Shown: piece by piece, positions 11,823 through 25,800 of the stretch
Layout: the number at the start of each line of letters is the position of its first letter
How positions within the stretch are numbered: position 1 is the stretch's first letter
NCBI GenBank assembly: GCA_964016885.1
Contig: OZ024748.1
Span: 39,184,001 to 39,248,000 of the forward strand
DNA length: 64,000 nucleotides
Direction: 5' to 3'
Origin: Eledone cirrhosa
Taxonomy: Eukaryota
Program-made: the position numbers and the translations under genes
The notes under the pieces: model-generated
What the model saw: only the letters and a program-made list of their open reading frames with translations
Database searches by the model: none
What the model was told of the DNA's origin: nothing

Positions 11823-14800
11823 GGAAAGTCACTGTCTATTTCATTAACCCTTTCATTACCATATTTCTAATGAAAGACACTGTCTATGTCATTAACCCTT
11901 TCATTACCATATTTCTAATGAAAGTCACTGTCTATGTAATTAACCCTTTCATTACCATATTTCTAATGAAAGACACTGTCTATGTCATTAACCCTTTCAT
12001 TACCATATTTCTAATAAAAGTCACTGTCTATGTCATTAACCCTTTCATTACCATATTTCTAATGAAAGACACTGTCTATGTCATTAACCCTTTCATTACC
12101 ATATTTCTAATAAAAATCACTGTCTATGTCATTAACCCTTTCATTACCATATTTCTAATGAAAGTCACTGTCTATGTCATTAACCCTTTCATTACCATAT
12201 TTCTAATGAAAGACACATTCTATGTCATTAATCCATTCATTACCATATTTCTAATGGAAGTCACTGTCTATGTCATTAACCCTTTCATTACCATATTTCT
12301 AATGAAAGTCACTGTTTATGTCATTAACCCTTTCATTACCATATTTCTAATGAAAGACACTGTCTATGTGATTAACCCTGTCATTACCATATTTCTAATG
12401 AAAGTCACTGTCTATGTCATTAACCCTTTCATTACCATATTTCTAATGAAAGACACTGTCTATGTCATTAACCCTTTCATTACCATATTTCTAATGAAAG
12501 ACACTGTCTATGCAATTAACCCTTTCATTAACATATTTCTCACAAAAGCCACTGTTTATGTCATTGACCATTTCATTACCATATTTCTAATGAAAGACAT
12601 TGTCTATGTCAATAACACATTCATTACCATATTTCTAATGAAAGACACTGCCTATGTCATTAAAACTTTCATTACCATATTTCTAATGAAAGACACTGTC
12701 TATGTCATTAACCCTGTCATTACTATATTTCTAATGAAAGACACTGCCTATGTCATTAACCCTTTCATTACCATATTTCTTATGAAAGACACTGTCTATG
12801 TCATTAACACTTTATTATCATATTTCTAATGAGAGACACTGTCTATGTCATTAACCCTTTCATTAACATATTTCTCACAAAAGACGCTGCCTATGTCCAT
12901 ATTACCATATATCTAATGAAAGACACTGTCTATGTCATTAACCCTTTCATTACCAGATTTCTAATGAAAGACACTCTCTATTTCATTAACCCTTTCATTA
13001 CCATATTTCTAATGAAAGACACTGTCTATTTCATTAACCCTTTCATTACCATTTTTCTAATGAAAGACACTGTCTATTTCATTAAACCTTTCATTACCAT
13101 ATTTCTAATGAAAGACACTGTCTATGTCATTAACTCTTTCATTACCATATTTCTAATGAAAGACACTGTCTATGTCATTAACCCTTTCATTACCATATTT
13201 TTAATGAAAGTCACTGTCTATGTCATTAACACTTTCATTACCATATTTCTAATGAAAGACACTGTCTATGTCAGTAACCCTTTCATTACCATATTTCTAA
13301 TGAAAGTCACTGTCTATGTCATTAACCCTTTCATTACCATATTTCTAATGAAAGTCACTGTCTATGTCATTAACCCTTTCATTACCATATTTCTAATGAA
13401 AGACACTGTCTATGTCATTAACCCTTTCATTACCATATTTCTAATGAAAGTCACTGTCTATGTCATTGACCCTTTCATTACCATATTTCTAATGAAAGTC
13501 ACTGTCTATGTCATTAACCCTTTCATTACCATATTTCTAATGAAAGTCACTGTCTATTTCATTAACCTTTCATTACCATATTTCTAATGAAAGACACTGT
13601 CTATGTGATTAACCCTTTCATTACCATATTTCTAATGAAAGTCACTGTCTATGTCATTAACCCTTTCATTACCATATTTCTAATGAAAGACACTGTCTAT
13701 GTCATTAACCCTTTCATTACCATATTTCTAATGAAAGACACTGTCTATTTCATTAACCCTTTCATTACCATATTTCTAATGAAAGACACTGTCTATGTCA
13801 GTAACCCTTTCATTACCATATTTCTAATGAAAGACACTGTCTATGTCATTAACCCTTTCATTACCATATTTCTAATGAAAGACACTGTCTATTTCATTAA
13901 CCCTTTCATTACCATATTTCTAATGAAAGTCACTGTCTATGTCATTAACCCTTTCATTACCATATTTCTAATGAAAGTCACTGTCTATGTCATTAACCCT
14001 TTCATTACCATATTTCTAATGAAAGACACAGTCTATGTCATTAATCCTTTCATTACCATATTTCTAATGAAAGACACTGTCTATGTCATTAACCCTTTCA
14101 TTACCATATTTCTAATGAAAGTCACTGTCTATGTCATTAACCCTTTCATTACCATATTTCTAATGAAAGACACTGTCTATGTCATTAACCCTTTCATTAC
14201 CATATTTCTAATAAAAGTCACTGTCTATGTCATTAACCCTTTCATTACCATATTTCTAATGAAAGTCACTGTCTATGTCATTAACCCTTTCATTACCATA
14301 TTTCTAATGAAAGACACATTCTATGTCATTAATCCATTCATTACCATATTTCTAATGGAAGTCACTGTCTATGTCATTAACCCTTTCATTACCATATTTC
14401 TAATGAAAGTCACTGTTTATGTCATTAACCCTTTCATTACCATATTTCTAATGAAAGACACTGTCTATGTGATTAACCCTGTCATTACCATATTTCTAAT
14501 GAAAGTCACTGTCTATGTCATTAACCCTTTCATTACCATATTTCTAATGAAAGACACTGTCTATGTCATTAACCCTGTCATTACTATATTTCTAATGAAA
14601 GACACTGCCTATGTCATTAACCCTTTCATTATCATATTTCTTATGAAAGACACTGTCTATGTCATTAACACTTTATTATCATATTTCTAATGAAAGGCAC
14701 TGTCTATGTCATTAACCCTTTATTATCATATTTCTAATGAGAGACACTGTCTATGTCATTAACCCTTTCATTAACATATTTCTCACAAAAGACACTGCCT

Positions 14801-17800
14801 GTGTCCATATTACCATATATCTAATGAAAGACTCTGTCTATGTCATTAACTCTTTCATTACCATATTTCTAATGAAAGACACTGCCAATGTCATTAACCC
14901 TTTCATTACCATATTTCTGACACTGTCTATGTTATTAACCCTTTCATCATCATATTTCTAATAAAAAACACTGTCTATGTCATTAACCCTGTCATTACCA
15001 TATTTCTAATGAAAGACACTGCCGATGTCATTAACCCTTTCATTACCATATTTCTGAGACTGTCTATTTCATTAACCCTTTCATTACCATATTTCTAATG
15101 AAAGACACTGTCTATGTCATTAACCCTTTCATTACCAGATTTCTAATGAAAGACACTCTCTATTTCATTAACCCTTTCATTACCATATTTCTAATGAAAG
15201 ACACTGTCTATTTCATTAACCCTTTCATTACCATTTTTCTAATGAAAGACACTGTCTATTTCATTAAACCTTTCATTACCATATTTCTAATGAAAGACAC
15301 TGTCTATGTCATTAACTCTTTCATTACCATATTTCTAATGAAAGACACTGTCTATGTCATTAACCCTTTCATTACCATATTTTTAATGAAAGTCACTGTC
15401 TATGTCATTAACACTTTCATTACCATATTTCTAATGAAAGACACTGTCTATGTCAGTAACCCTTTCATTACCATATTTCTAATGAAAGTCACTGTCTATG
15501 TCATTAACCCTTTCATTACCATATTTCTAATGAAAGTCACTGTCTATGTCATTAACCCTTTCATTACCATATTTCTAATGAAAGACACTGTCTATGTCAT
15601 TAACCCTTTCATTACCATATTTCTAATGAAAGTCACTGTCTATGTCATTGACCCTTTCATTACCATATTTCTAATGAAAGTCACTGTCTATGTCATTAAC
15701 CCTTTCATTACCATATTTCTAATGAAAGTCACTGTCTATTTCATTAACCTTTCATTACCATATTTCTAATGAAAGACACTGTCTATGTGATTAACCCTTT
15801 CATTACCATATTTCTAATGAAAGTCACTGTCTATGTCATTAACCCTTTCATTACCATATTTCTAATGAAAGACACTGTCTATGTCATTAACCCTTTCATT
15901 ACCATATTTCTAATGAAAGACACTGTCTATTTCATTAACCCTTTCATTACCATATTTCTAATGAAAGACACTGTCTATGTCAGTAACCCTTTCATTACCA
16001 TATTTCTAATGAAAGACACTGTCTATGTCATTAACCCTTTCATTACCATATTTCTAATGAAAGACACTGTCTATTTCATTAACCCTTTCATTACCATATT
16101 TCTAATGAAAGTCACTGTCTATGTCATTAACCCTTTCATTACCATATTTCTAATGAAAGTCACTGTCTATGTCATTAACCCTTTCATTACCATATTTCTA
16201 ATGAAAGACACAGTCTATGTCATTAATCCTTTCATTACCATATTTCTAATGAAAGACACTGTCTATGTCATTAACCCTTTCATTACCATATTTCTAATGA
16301 AAGTCACTGTCTATGTCATTAACCCTTTCATTACCATATTTCTAATGAAAGACACTGTCTATGTCATTAACCCTTTCATTAACATATTTCTCACAAAAGA
16401 CACTGCCTATGTCCATATTACCATATATCTAATGAAAGACACTGTCTATGTCATTAACTCTTTCATTACCATATTTCTAATGAAAGACACTGTCTATTTC
16501 ATTAACCCTTTCATTACCTTATTTCTAATGAAAGACACTGCCAATGTCATTAACCCTTTCATTACCATATTTCTGACACTGTCTATGTCATTAACCCTTT
16601 CATCATCATATTTCTAATAAAAGACACTGTTTATGTCATTAACCCTATCATTACCTTATTTCTAATGAAAGACACTGTCTATGTCATTAACCCTGTCATT
16701 ACCATATTTCTAATGAAAGACACTGCCGATGTCATTAACCCTTTCATTACCATATTTCTGAGACTGTCTATTTCATTAACCCTTTCATTACCATATTTCT
16801 AATGAAAGACACTGTCTATATCATTAACCCTTTCATTACCATATTTCTAATGAAAGACACTGTCTATTTCATTAACCCTTTCATTACCATATTTCTAATG
16901 AAAGACACTGTCTATTTCATTAAACCTTTCATTACCATATTTCTAATGAAAGACACTGTCTATTTCATTAACCCTTTCATTACCATATTTCTAATGAAAT
17001 ACACTGTCTATGTCCGTAACCCTTTCATTACCATATTTCTAATGAAAGACACTGTCTATTTCATTAACCCTTTCATTACCATATTTCTAATGAAAGACAC
17101 TGTCTATGTCATTAACCCTTTCATTACCATATTTCTAATGAAAGACACTGTCTATGTGATTAACCCTTTCATTACCATATTTCTAATGAAAGACACTGTC
17201 TATTTCATTAAACCTTTCATTACCATATTTCTAATGAAAGACACTGTCTATTTCATTAACCCTTTCATTACCATATTTCTAATGAAAGACACTGTCTATG
17301 TCATTAACCCTATCATTACCTTATTTCTAATGAAAGACACTGTCTATGTCATTAACCCTGTCATTACCATATTTCTAATGAAAGACACTGCCGATGTCAT
17401 TAACCCTTTCATTACCATATTTCTAATGAAAGACACTGTCTATGTCATTAACCCTTTCATTACCATATTTCTAATGAAAGACACTGTCTATTTCATTAAC
17501 CCTTTCATTACCATATTTCTAATGAAAGACACTGGTCTATTTCATTAACCCTTTCATTACCATATTTCTAATGAAAGACACTGTCTATTTCATTAACCCT
17601 TTCATTACCATATTTCTAATGAAAGCCACTGTCTATTTCATTAACCCTTTCATTACCATATTTCTAATGAAAGACACTGTCTATTTCATTAAGCCTTTCA
17701 TTACCATATTTCTAATGAAAGACACTGTCTATTTCATTAACCCTTTCATTACCATATTTCTAATGAAAGACACTGTCTATGTCATTAACCCTTTCATTAC

Positions 17801-17810
17801 CATATTTCTA
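7700..17810 (+). repeat. Spaced duplication, offset 6373 bp (about 7.7-11.4 kb copied at about 14.1-17.8 kb)
   Basis: Landmarks 8317/14690, 8364/14737, 8725/15098, 9396/15769, 10429/16802 and 11198/17571 all differ by 6373. Confidence 0.85.
12494..12828 (+). repeat. Landmark cassette B (representative copy): run of diverged monomers, mostly full length
   Basis: tgcaatt, ctcacaaaagccactgttt, ttgaccattt, gacattgtc, caataacacattc, aaaact/aacact. It recurs near 20.9, 31.3, 33.7, 35.7, 38.0, 48.8, 50.3, 53.3, 54.8, 57.0 and 59.9 kb. Confidence 0.9.
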
Positions 17811-19860
17811 ATGAAAGACACTGTCTATGTGATTAACCCTTTCATTACCATATTTCTAATGAAAGTCACTGTCTATGTCATTAACCCTTTCATTACCATA
17901 TTTCTAATGAAAGACACTGTCTATGTCATTAACCCTTTCATTACCATATTTCTAATGAAAGACACTGTCTATTTCATTAACCCTTTCATTACCATATTTC
18001 TAATGAAAGACACTGTCTATGTCAGTAACCCTTTCATTACCATATTTCTAATGAAAGACACTGTCTATGTCATTAACCCTTTCATTACCATATTTCTAAT
18101 GAAAGACACTGTCTATTTCATTAACCCTTTCATTACCATATTTCTAATGAAAGTCACTGTCTATGTCATTAACCCTTTCATTACCATATTTCTAATGAAA
18201 GTCACTGTCTATGTCATTAACCCTTTCATTACCATATTTCTAATGAAAGACACAGTCTATGTCATTAATCCTTTCATTACCATATTTCTAATGAAAGACA
18301 CTGTCTATGTCATTAACCCTTTCATTACCATATTTCTAATGAAAGTCACTGTCTATGTCATTAACCCTTTCATTACCATATTTCTAATGAAAGACACTGT
18401 CTATGTCATTAACCCTTTCATTAACATATTTCTCACAAAAGACACTGCCTATGTCCATATTACCATATATCTAATGAAAGACACTGTCTATGTCATTAAC
18501 TCTTTCATTACCATATTTCTAATGAAAGACACTGTCTATTTCATTAACCCTTTCATTACCTTATTTCTAATGAAAGACACTGCCAATGTCATTAACCCTT
18601 TCATTACCATATTTCTGACACTGTCTATGTCATTAACCCTTTCATCATCATATTTCTAATAAAAGACACTGTTTATGTCATTAACCCTATCATTACCTTA
18701 TTTCTAATGAAAGACACTGTCTATGTCATTAACCCTGTCATTACCATATTTCTAATGAAAGACACTGCCGATGTCATTAACCCTTTCATTACCATATTTC
18801 TGAGACTGTCTATTTCATTAACCCTTTCATTACCATATTTCTAATGAAAGACACTGTCTATATCATTAACCCTTTCATTACCATATTTCTAATGAAAGAC
18901 ACTGTCTATTTCATTAACCCTTTCATTACCATATTTCTAATGAAAGACACTGTCTATTTCATTAAACCTTTCATTACCATATTTCTAATGAAAGACACTG
19001 TCTATTTCATTAACCCTTTCATTACCATATTTCTAATGAAATACACTGTCTATGTCCGTAACCCTTTCATTACCATATTTCTAATGAAAGACACTGTCTA
19101 TTTCATTAACCCTTTCATTACCATATTTCTAATGAAAGACACTGTCTATGTCATTAACCCTTTCATTACCATATTTCTAATGAAAGACACTGTCTATGTG
19201 ATTAACCCTTTCATTACCATATTTCTAATGAAAGACACTGTCTATTTCATTAAACCTTTCATTACCATATTTCTAATGAAAGACACTGTCTATTTCATTA
19301 ACCCTTTCATTACCATATTTCTAATGAAAGACACTGTCTATGTCATTAACCCTATCATTACCTTATTTCTAATGAAAGACACTGTCTATGTCATTAACCC
19401 TGTCATTACCATATTTCTAATGAAAGACACTGCCGATGTCATTAACCCTTTCATTACCATATTTCTAATGAAAGACACTGTCTATGTCATTAACCCTTTC
19501 ATTACCATATTTCTAATGAAAGACACTGTCTATTTCATTAACCCTTTCATTACCATATTTCTAATGAAAGACACTGGTCTATTTCATTAACCCTTTCATT
19601 ACCATATTTCTAATGAAAGACACTGTCTATTTCATTAACCCTTTCATTACCATATTTCTAATGAAAGACACTGTCTATTTCATTAACCCTTTCATTACCA
19701 TATTTCTAATGAAAGACACTGTCTATTTCATTAAGCCTTTCATTACCATATTTCTAATGAAAGACACTGTCTATTTCATTAACCCTTTCATTACCATATT
19801 TCTAATGAAAGACACTGTCTATGTCATTAACCCTTTCATTACCATATTTCTAATGAAAGA
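15769..19860 (+). repeat. Tandem duplication, period 2042 bp
   Basis: Landmarks 16617/18659, 16802/18844 and 17571/19613. Both copies carry the +1 variant cactggtcta. Confidence 0.85.
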
Positions 19861-22800
19861 CACTGTCTATGTCATTAACCCTTTCATTACCATATTTCTA
19901 ATGAACGTCACTGTCTATGTCATTAACACTTTCATTACCATATTTCTAATGATAGTCACTGTCTATGTCATTAACCCTTTCATTACCATATTTCTAATGA
20001 AAGTCACTGTCTATGTCATTAACCCTTTCATTACCATATTTCTAATGAAAGTCACTGTCTATGTCATTAACCCTTTCATTACCATATTTCTAATGAAAGA
20101 CACTGTCTATGTCATTAACCCTTTCATTACCATATTTCTAATGAAAGTCACTGTCTATGTCATTAAGCCTTTCATTGCCATATTTCTAATGAAAGTCACT
20201 GTCTATGTCATTAACCCTTTCATTACCATATTTCTAAGGAAAGTCACTGTCTATTTCATTAACCCTTTCATTACCATATTTCTAATGAAAGACACTGTCT
20301 ATGTCATTAACCCTTTCATTACCATATTTCTAATGAAAGTCACTGTCTATGTAATTAACCCTTTCATTACCATATTTCTAATGAAAGACACTGTCTATGT
20401 CATTAACCCTTTCATTACCATATTTCTAATAAAAGTCACTGTCTATGTCATTAACCCTTTCATTACCATATTTCTAATGAAAGACACTGTCTATGTCATT
20501 AACCCTTTCATTACCATATTTCTAATAAAAATCACTGTCTATGTCATTAACCCTTTCATTACCATATTTCTAATGAAAGTCACTGTCTATGTCATTAACC
20601 CTTTCATTACCATATTTCTAATGAAAGACACATTCTATGTCATTAATCCATTCATTACCATATTTCTAATGGAAGTCACTGTCTATGTCATTAACCCTTT
20701 CATTACCATATTTCTAATGAAAGTCACTGTTTATGTCATTAACCCTTTCATTACCATATTTCTAATGAAAGACACTGTCTATGTGATTAACCCTGTCATT
20801 ACCATATTTCTAATGAAAGTCACTGTCTATGTCATTAACCCTTTCATTACCATATTTCTAATGAAAGACACTGTCTATGTCATTAACCCTTTCATTACCA
20901 TATTTCTAATGAAAGACACTGTCTATGCAATTAACCCTTTCATTAACATATTTCTCACAAAAGCCACTGTTTATGTCATTGACCATTTCATTACCATATT
21001 TCTAATGAAAGACATTGTCTATGTCAATAACACATTCATTACCATATTTCTAATGAAAGACACTGCCTATGTCATTAAAACTTTCATTACCATATTTCTA
21101 ATGAAAGACACTGTCTATGTCATTAACCCTGTCATTACTATATTTCTAATGAAAGACACTGCCTATGTCATTAACCCTTTCATTACCATATTTCTTATGA
21201 AAGACACTGTCTATGTCATTAACACTTTATTATCATATTTCTAATGAGAGACACTGTCTATGTCATTAACCCTTTCATTAACATATTTCTCACAAAAGAC
21301 GCTGCCTATGTCCATATTACCATATATCTAATGAAAGACACTGTCTATGTCATTAACTCTTTCATTACCATATTTCTAATGAAAGACACTGCCAATGTCA
21401 TTAACCCTTTCATTACCATATTTCTGACACTGTCTATGTTATTAACCCTTTCATCATCATATTTCTAATAAAAGACACTGTTTATGTCATTAACCCTGTC
21501 ATTACCATATTTCTAATGAAAGACACTGCCGATGTCATTAACCCTTTCATTACCATATTTCTGAGACTGTCTATTTCATTAACCCTTTCATTACCATATT
21601 TCTAATGAAAGACACTGTATATGTCATTAACCCTTTCATTACCAGATTTCTAATGAAAGACACTCTCTATTTCATTAACCCTTTCATTACCATATTTCTA
21701 ATGAAAGACACTGTCTATTTCATTAACCCTTTCATTACCATATTTCTAATGAAAGACACTGTCTATTTCATTAAACCTTTCATTACCATATTTCTAATGA
21801 AAGACACTGTCTATGTCATTAACTCTTTCATTACCATATTTCTAATGAAAGACACTGTCTATGTCATTAACCCTTTCATTTCCATATTTTTAATGAAAGT
21901 CACTGTCTATGTCATTAACACTTTCATTACCATATTTCTAATGAAAGACACTGTCTATGTCAGTAACCCTTTCATTACCATATTTCTAATGAAAGTCACT
22001 GTCTATGTCATTAACCCTTTCATTACCATATTTCTAATGAAAGTCACTGTCTATGTCATTAACCCTTTCATTACCATATTTCTAATGAAAGACACTGTCT
22101 ATGTCATTAACCCTTTCATTACCATATTTCTAATGAAAGTCACTGTCTATGTCATTGACCCTTTCATTACCATATTTCTAATGAAAGTCACTGTCTATGT
22201 CATTAACCCTTTCATTACCATATTTCTAATGAAAGTCACTGTCTATTTCATTAACCTTTCATTACCATATTTCTAATGAAAGACACTGTCTATGTGATTA
22301 ACCCTTTCATTACCATATTTCTAATGAAAGTCACTGTCTATGTCATTAACCCTTTCATTACCATATTTCTAATGAAAGACACTGTCTATGTCATTAACCC
22401 TTTCATTACCATATTTCTAATAAACGTCACTGTCTATGTCATTAACCCTTTCATTACCATATTTCTAATGAAAGTTACTGTCTATGTCATTAACCCTTTC
22501 ATTACCATATTTCTAATGAAAGACACATTCTATGTCATTAATCCTTTCATTACCATATTTCTAATGGAAGTCACTGTCTATGTCATTAACCCTTTCATTA
22601 CCATATTTCTAATGAAAGTCACTGTCTATGTCATTAAACCTTTCATTACCATATTTCTAATGAAAGTCACTGTCTATGTAATTAACCCTTTCATTACCAT
22701 ATTTCTAATGAAAGACACTGTCTATGTCATTAACCCTTTCATTACCATATTTCTAATGAAAGTCACTGTCTATGTCATTAACCCTTTCATTACCATATTT

Positions 22801-25800
22801 CTAATGAAAGACACTGTCTATGTCATTAACCCTTTCATTACCATATTTCTAATAAAAGTCACTGTCTATGTCATTAACCCTTTCATTACCATATTTCTAA
22901 TGAAAGTCACTGTCTATGTCATTAACCCTTTCATTACCATATTTCTAATGAAAGACACATTCTATGTCATTAATCCATTCATTACCATATTTCTAATGGA
23001 AGTCACTGTCTATGTCATTAACCCTTTCATTACCATATTTCTAATGAAAGTCACTGTTTATGTCATTAACCCTTTCATTACCATATTTCTAATGAAAGAC
23101 ACTGTCTATGTGATTAACCCTGTCATTACCATATTTCTAATGAAAGTCACTGTCTATGTCATTAACCCTTTCATTACCATATTTCTAATGAAAGACACTG
23201 TCTATGTCATTAACCCTGTCATTACTATATTTCTAATGAAAGACACTGCCTATGTCATTAACCCTTTCATTATCATATTTCTTATGAAAGACACTGTCTA
23301 TGTCATTAACACTTTATTATCATATTTCTAATGAAAGGCACTGTCTATGTCATTAACCCTTTATTATCATATTTCTAATGAGAGACACTGTCTATGTCAT
23401 TAACCCTTTCATTAACATATTTCTCACAAAAGACACTGCCTGTGTCCATATTACCATATATCTAATGAAAGACACTGTCTATGTCATTAACTCTTTCATT
23501 ACCATATTTCTAATGAAAGACACTGCCAATGTCATTAACCCTTTCATTACCATATTTCTGACACTGTCTATGTTATTAACCCTTTCATCATCATATTTCT
23601 AATAAAAAACACTGTCTATGTCATTAACCCTGTCATTACCATATTTCTAATGAAAGACACTGCCGATGTCATTAACCCTTTCATTACCATATTTCTGAGA
23701 CTGTCTATTTCATTAACCCTTTCATTACCATATTTCTAATGAAAGACACTGTCTATGTCATTAACCCTTTCATTACCAGATTTCTAATGAAAGACACTCT
23801 CTATTTCATTAACCCTTTCATTACCATATTTCTAATGAAAGACACTGTCTATTTCATTAACCCTTTCATTACCATTTTTCTAATGAAAGACACTGTCTAT
23901 TTCATTAAACCTTTCATTACCATATTTCTAATGAAAGACACTGTCTATGTCATTAACTCTTTCATTACCATATTTCTAATGAAAGACACTGTCTATGTCA
24001 TTAACCCTTTCATTACCATATTTTTAATGAAAGTCACTGTCTATGTCATTAACACTTTCATTACCATATTTCTAATGAAAGACACTGTCTATGTCAGTAA
24101 CCCTTTCATTACCATATTTCTAATGAAAGTCACTGTCTATGTCATTAACCCTTTCATTACCATATTTCTAATGAAAGTCACTGTCTATGTCATTAACCCT
24201 TTCATTACCATATTTCTAATGAAAGACACTGTCTATGTCATTAACCCTTTCATTACCATATTTCTAATGAAAGTCACTGTCTATGTCATTGACCCTTTCA
24301 TTACCATATTTCTAATGAAAGTCACTGTCTATGTCATTAACCCTTTCATTACCATATTTCTAATGAAAGTCACTGTCTATTTCATTAACCTTTCATTACC
24401 ATATTTCTAATGAAAGACACTGTCTATGTGATTAACCCTTTCATTACCATATTTCTAATGAAAGTCACTGTCTATGTCATTAACCCTTTCATTACCATAT
24501 TTCTAATGAAAGACACTGTCTATGTCATTAACCCTTTCATTACCATATTTCTAATGAAAGACACTGTCTATTTCATTAACCCTTTCATTACCATATTTCT
24601 AATGAAAGACACTGTCTATGTCAGTAACCCTTTCATTACCATATTTCTAATGAAAGACACTGTCTATGTCATTAACCCTTTCATTACCATATTTCTAATG
24701 AAAGACACTGTCTATTTCATTAACCCTTTCATTACCATATTTCTAATGAAAGTCACTGTCTATGTCATTAACCCTTTCTTTACCATATTTCTAATGAAAG
24801 TCACTGTCTATGTCATTAACCCTTTCATTACCATATTTCTAATGAAAGACACAGTCTATGTCATTAATCCTTTCATTACCATATTTCTAATGAAAGACAC
24901 TGTCTATGTCATTAACCCTTTCATTACCATATTTCTAATGAAAGTCACTGTCTATGTCATTAACCCTTTCATTACCATATTTCTAATGAAAGACACTGTC
25001 TATGTCATTAACCCTTTCATTAACATATTTCTCACAAAAGACACTGCCTATGTCCATATTACCATATATCTAATGAAAGACACTGTCTATGTCATTAACT
25101 CTTTCATTACCATATTTCTAATGAAAGACACTGTCTATTTCATTAACCCTTTCATTACCTTATTTCTAATGAAAGACACTGCCAATGTCATTAACCCTTT
25201 CATTACCATATTTCTGACACTGTCTATGTCATTAACCCTTTCATCATCATATTTCTAATAAAAGACACTGTTTATGTCATTAACCCTATCATTACCTTAT
25301 TTCTAATGAAAGACACTGTCTATGTCATTAACCCTGTCATTACCATATTTCTAATGAAAGACACTGCCGATGTCATTAACCCTTTCATTACCATATTTCT
25401 GAGACTGTCTATTTCATTAACCCTTTCATTACCATATTTCTAATGAAAGACACTGTCTATATCATTAACCCTTTCATTACCATATTTCTAATGAAAGACA
25501 CTGTCTATTTCATTAACCCTTTCATTACCATATTTCTAATGAAAGACACTGTCTATTTCATTAAACCTTTCATTACCATATTTCTAATGAAAGACACTGT
25601 CTATTTCATTAACCCTTTCATTACCATATTTCTAATGAAATACACTGTCTATGTCCGTAACCCTTTCATTACCATATTTCTAATGAAAGACACTGTCTAT
25701 TTCATTAACCCTTTCATTACCATATTTCTAATGAAAGACACTGTCTATGTCATTAACCCTTTCATTACCATATTTCTAATGAAAGACACTGTCTATGTGA

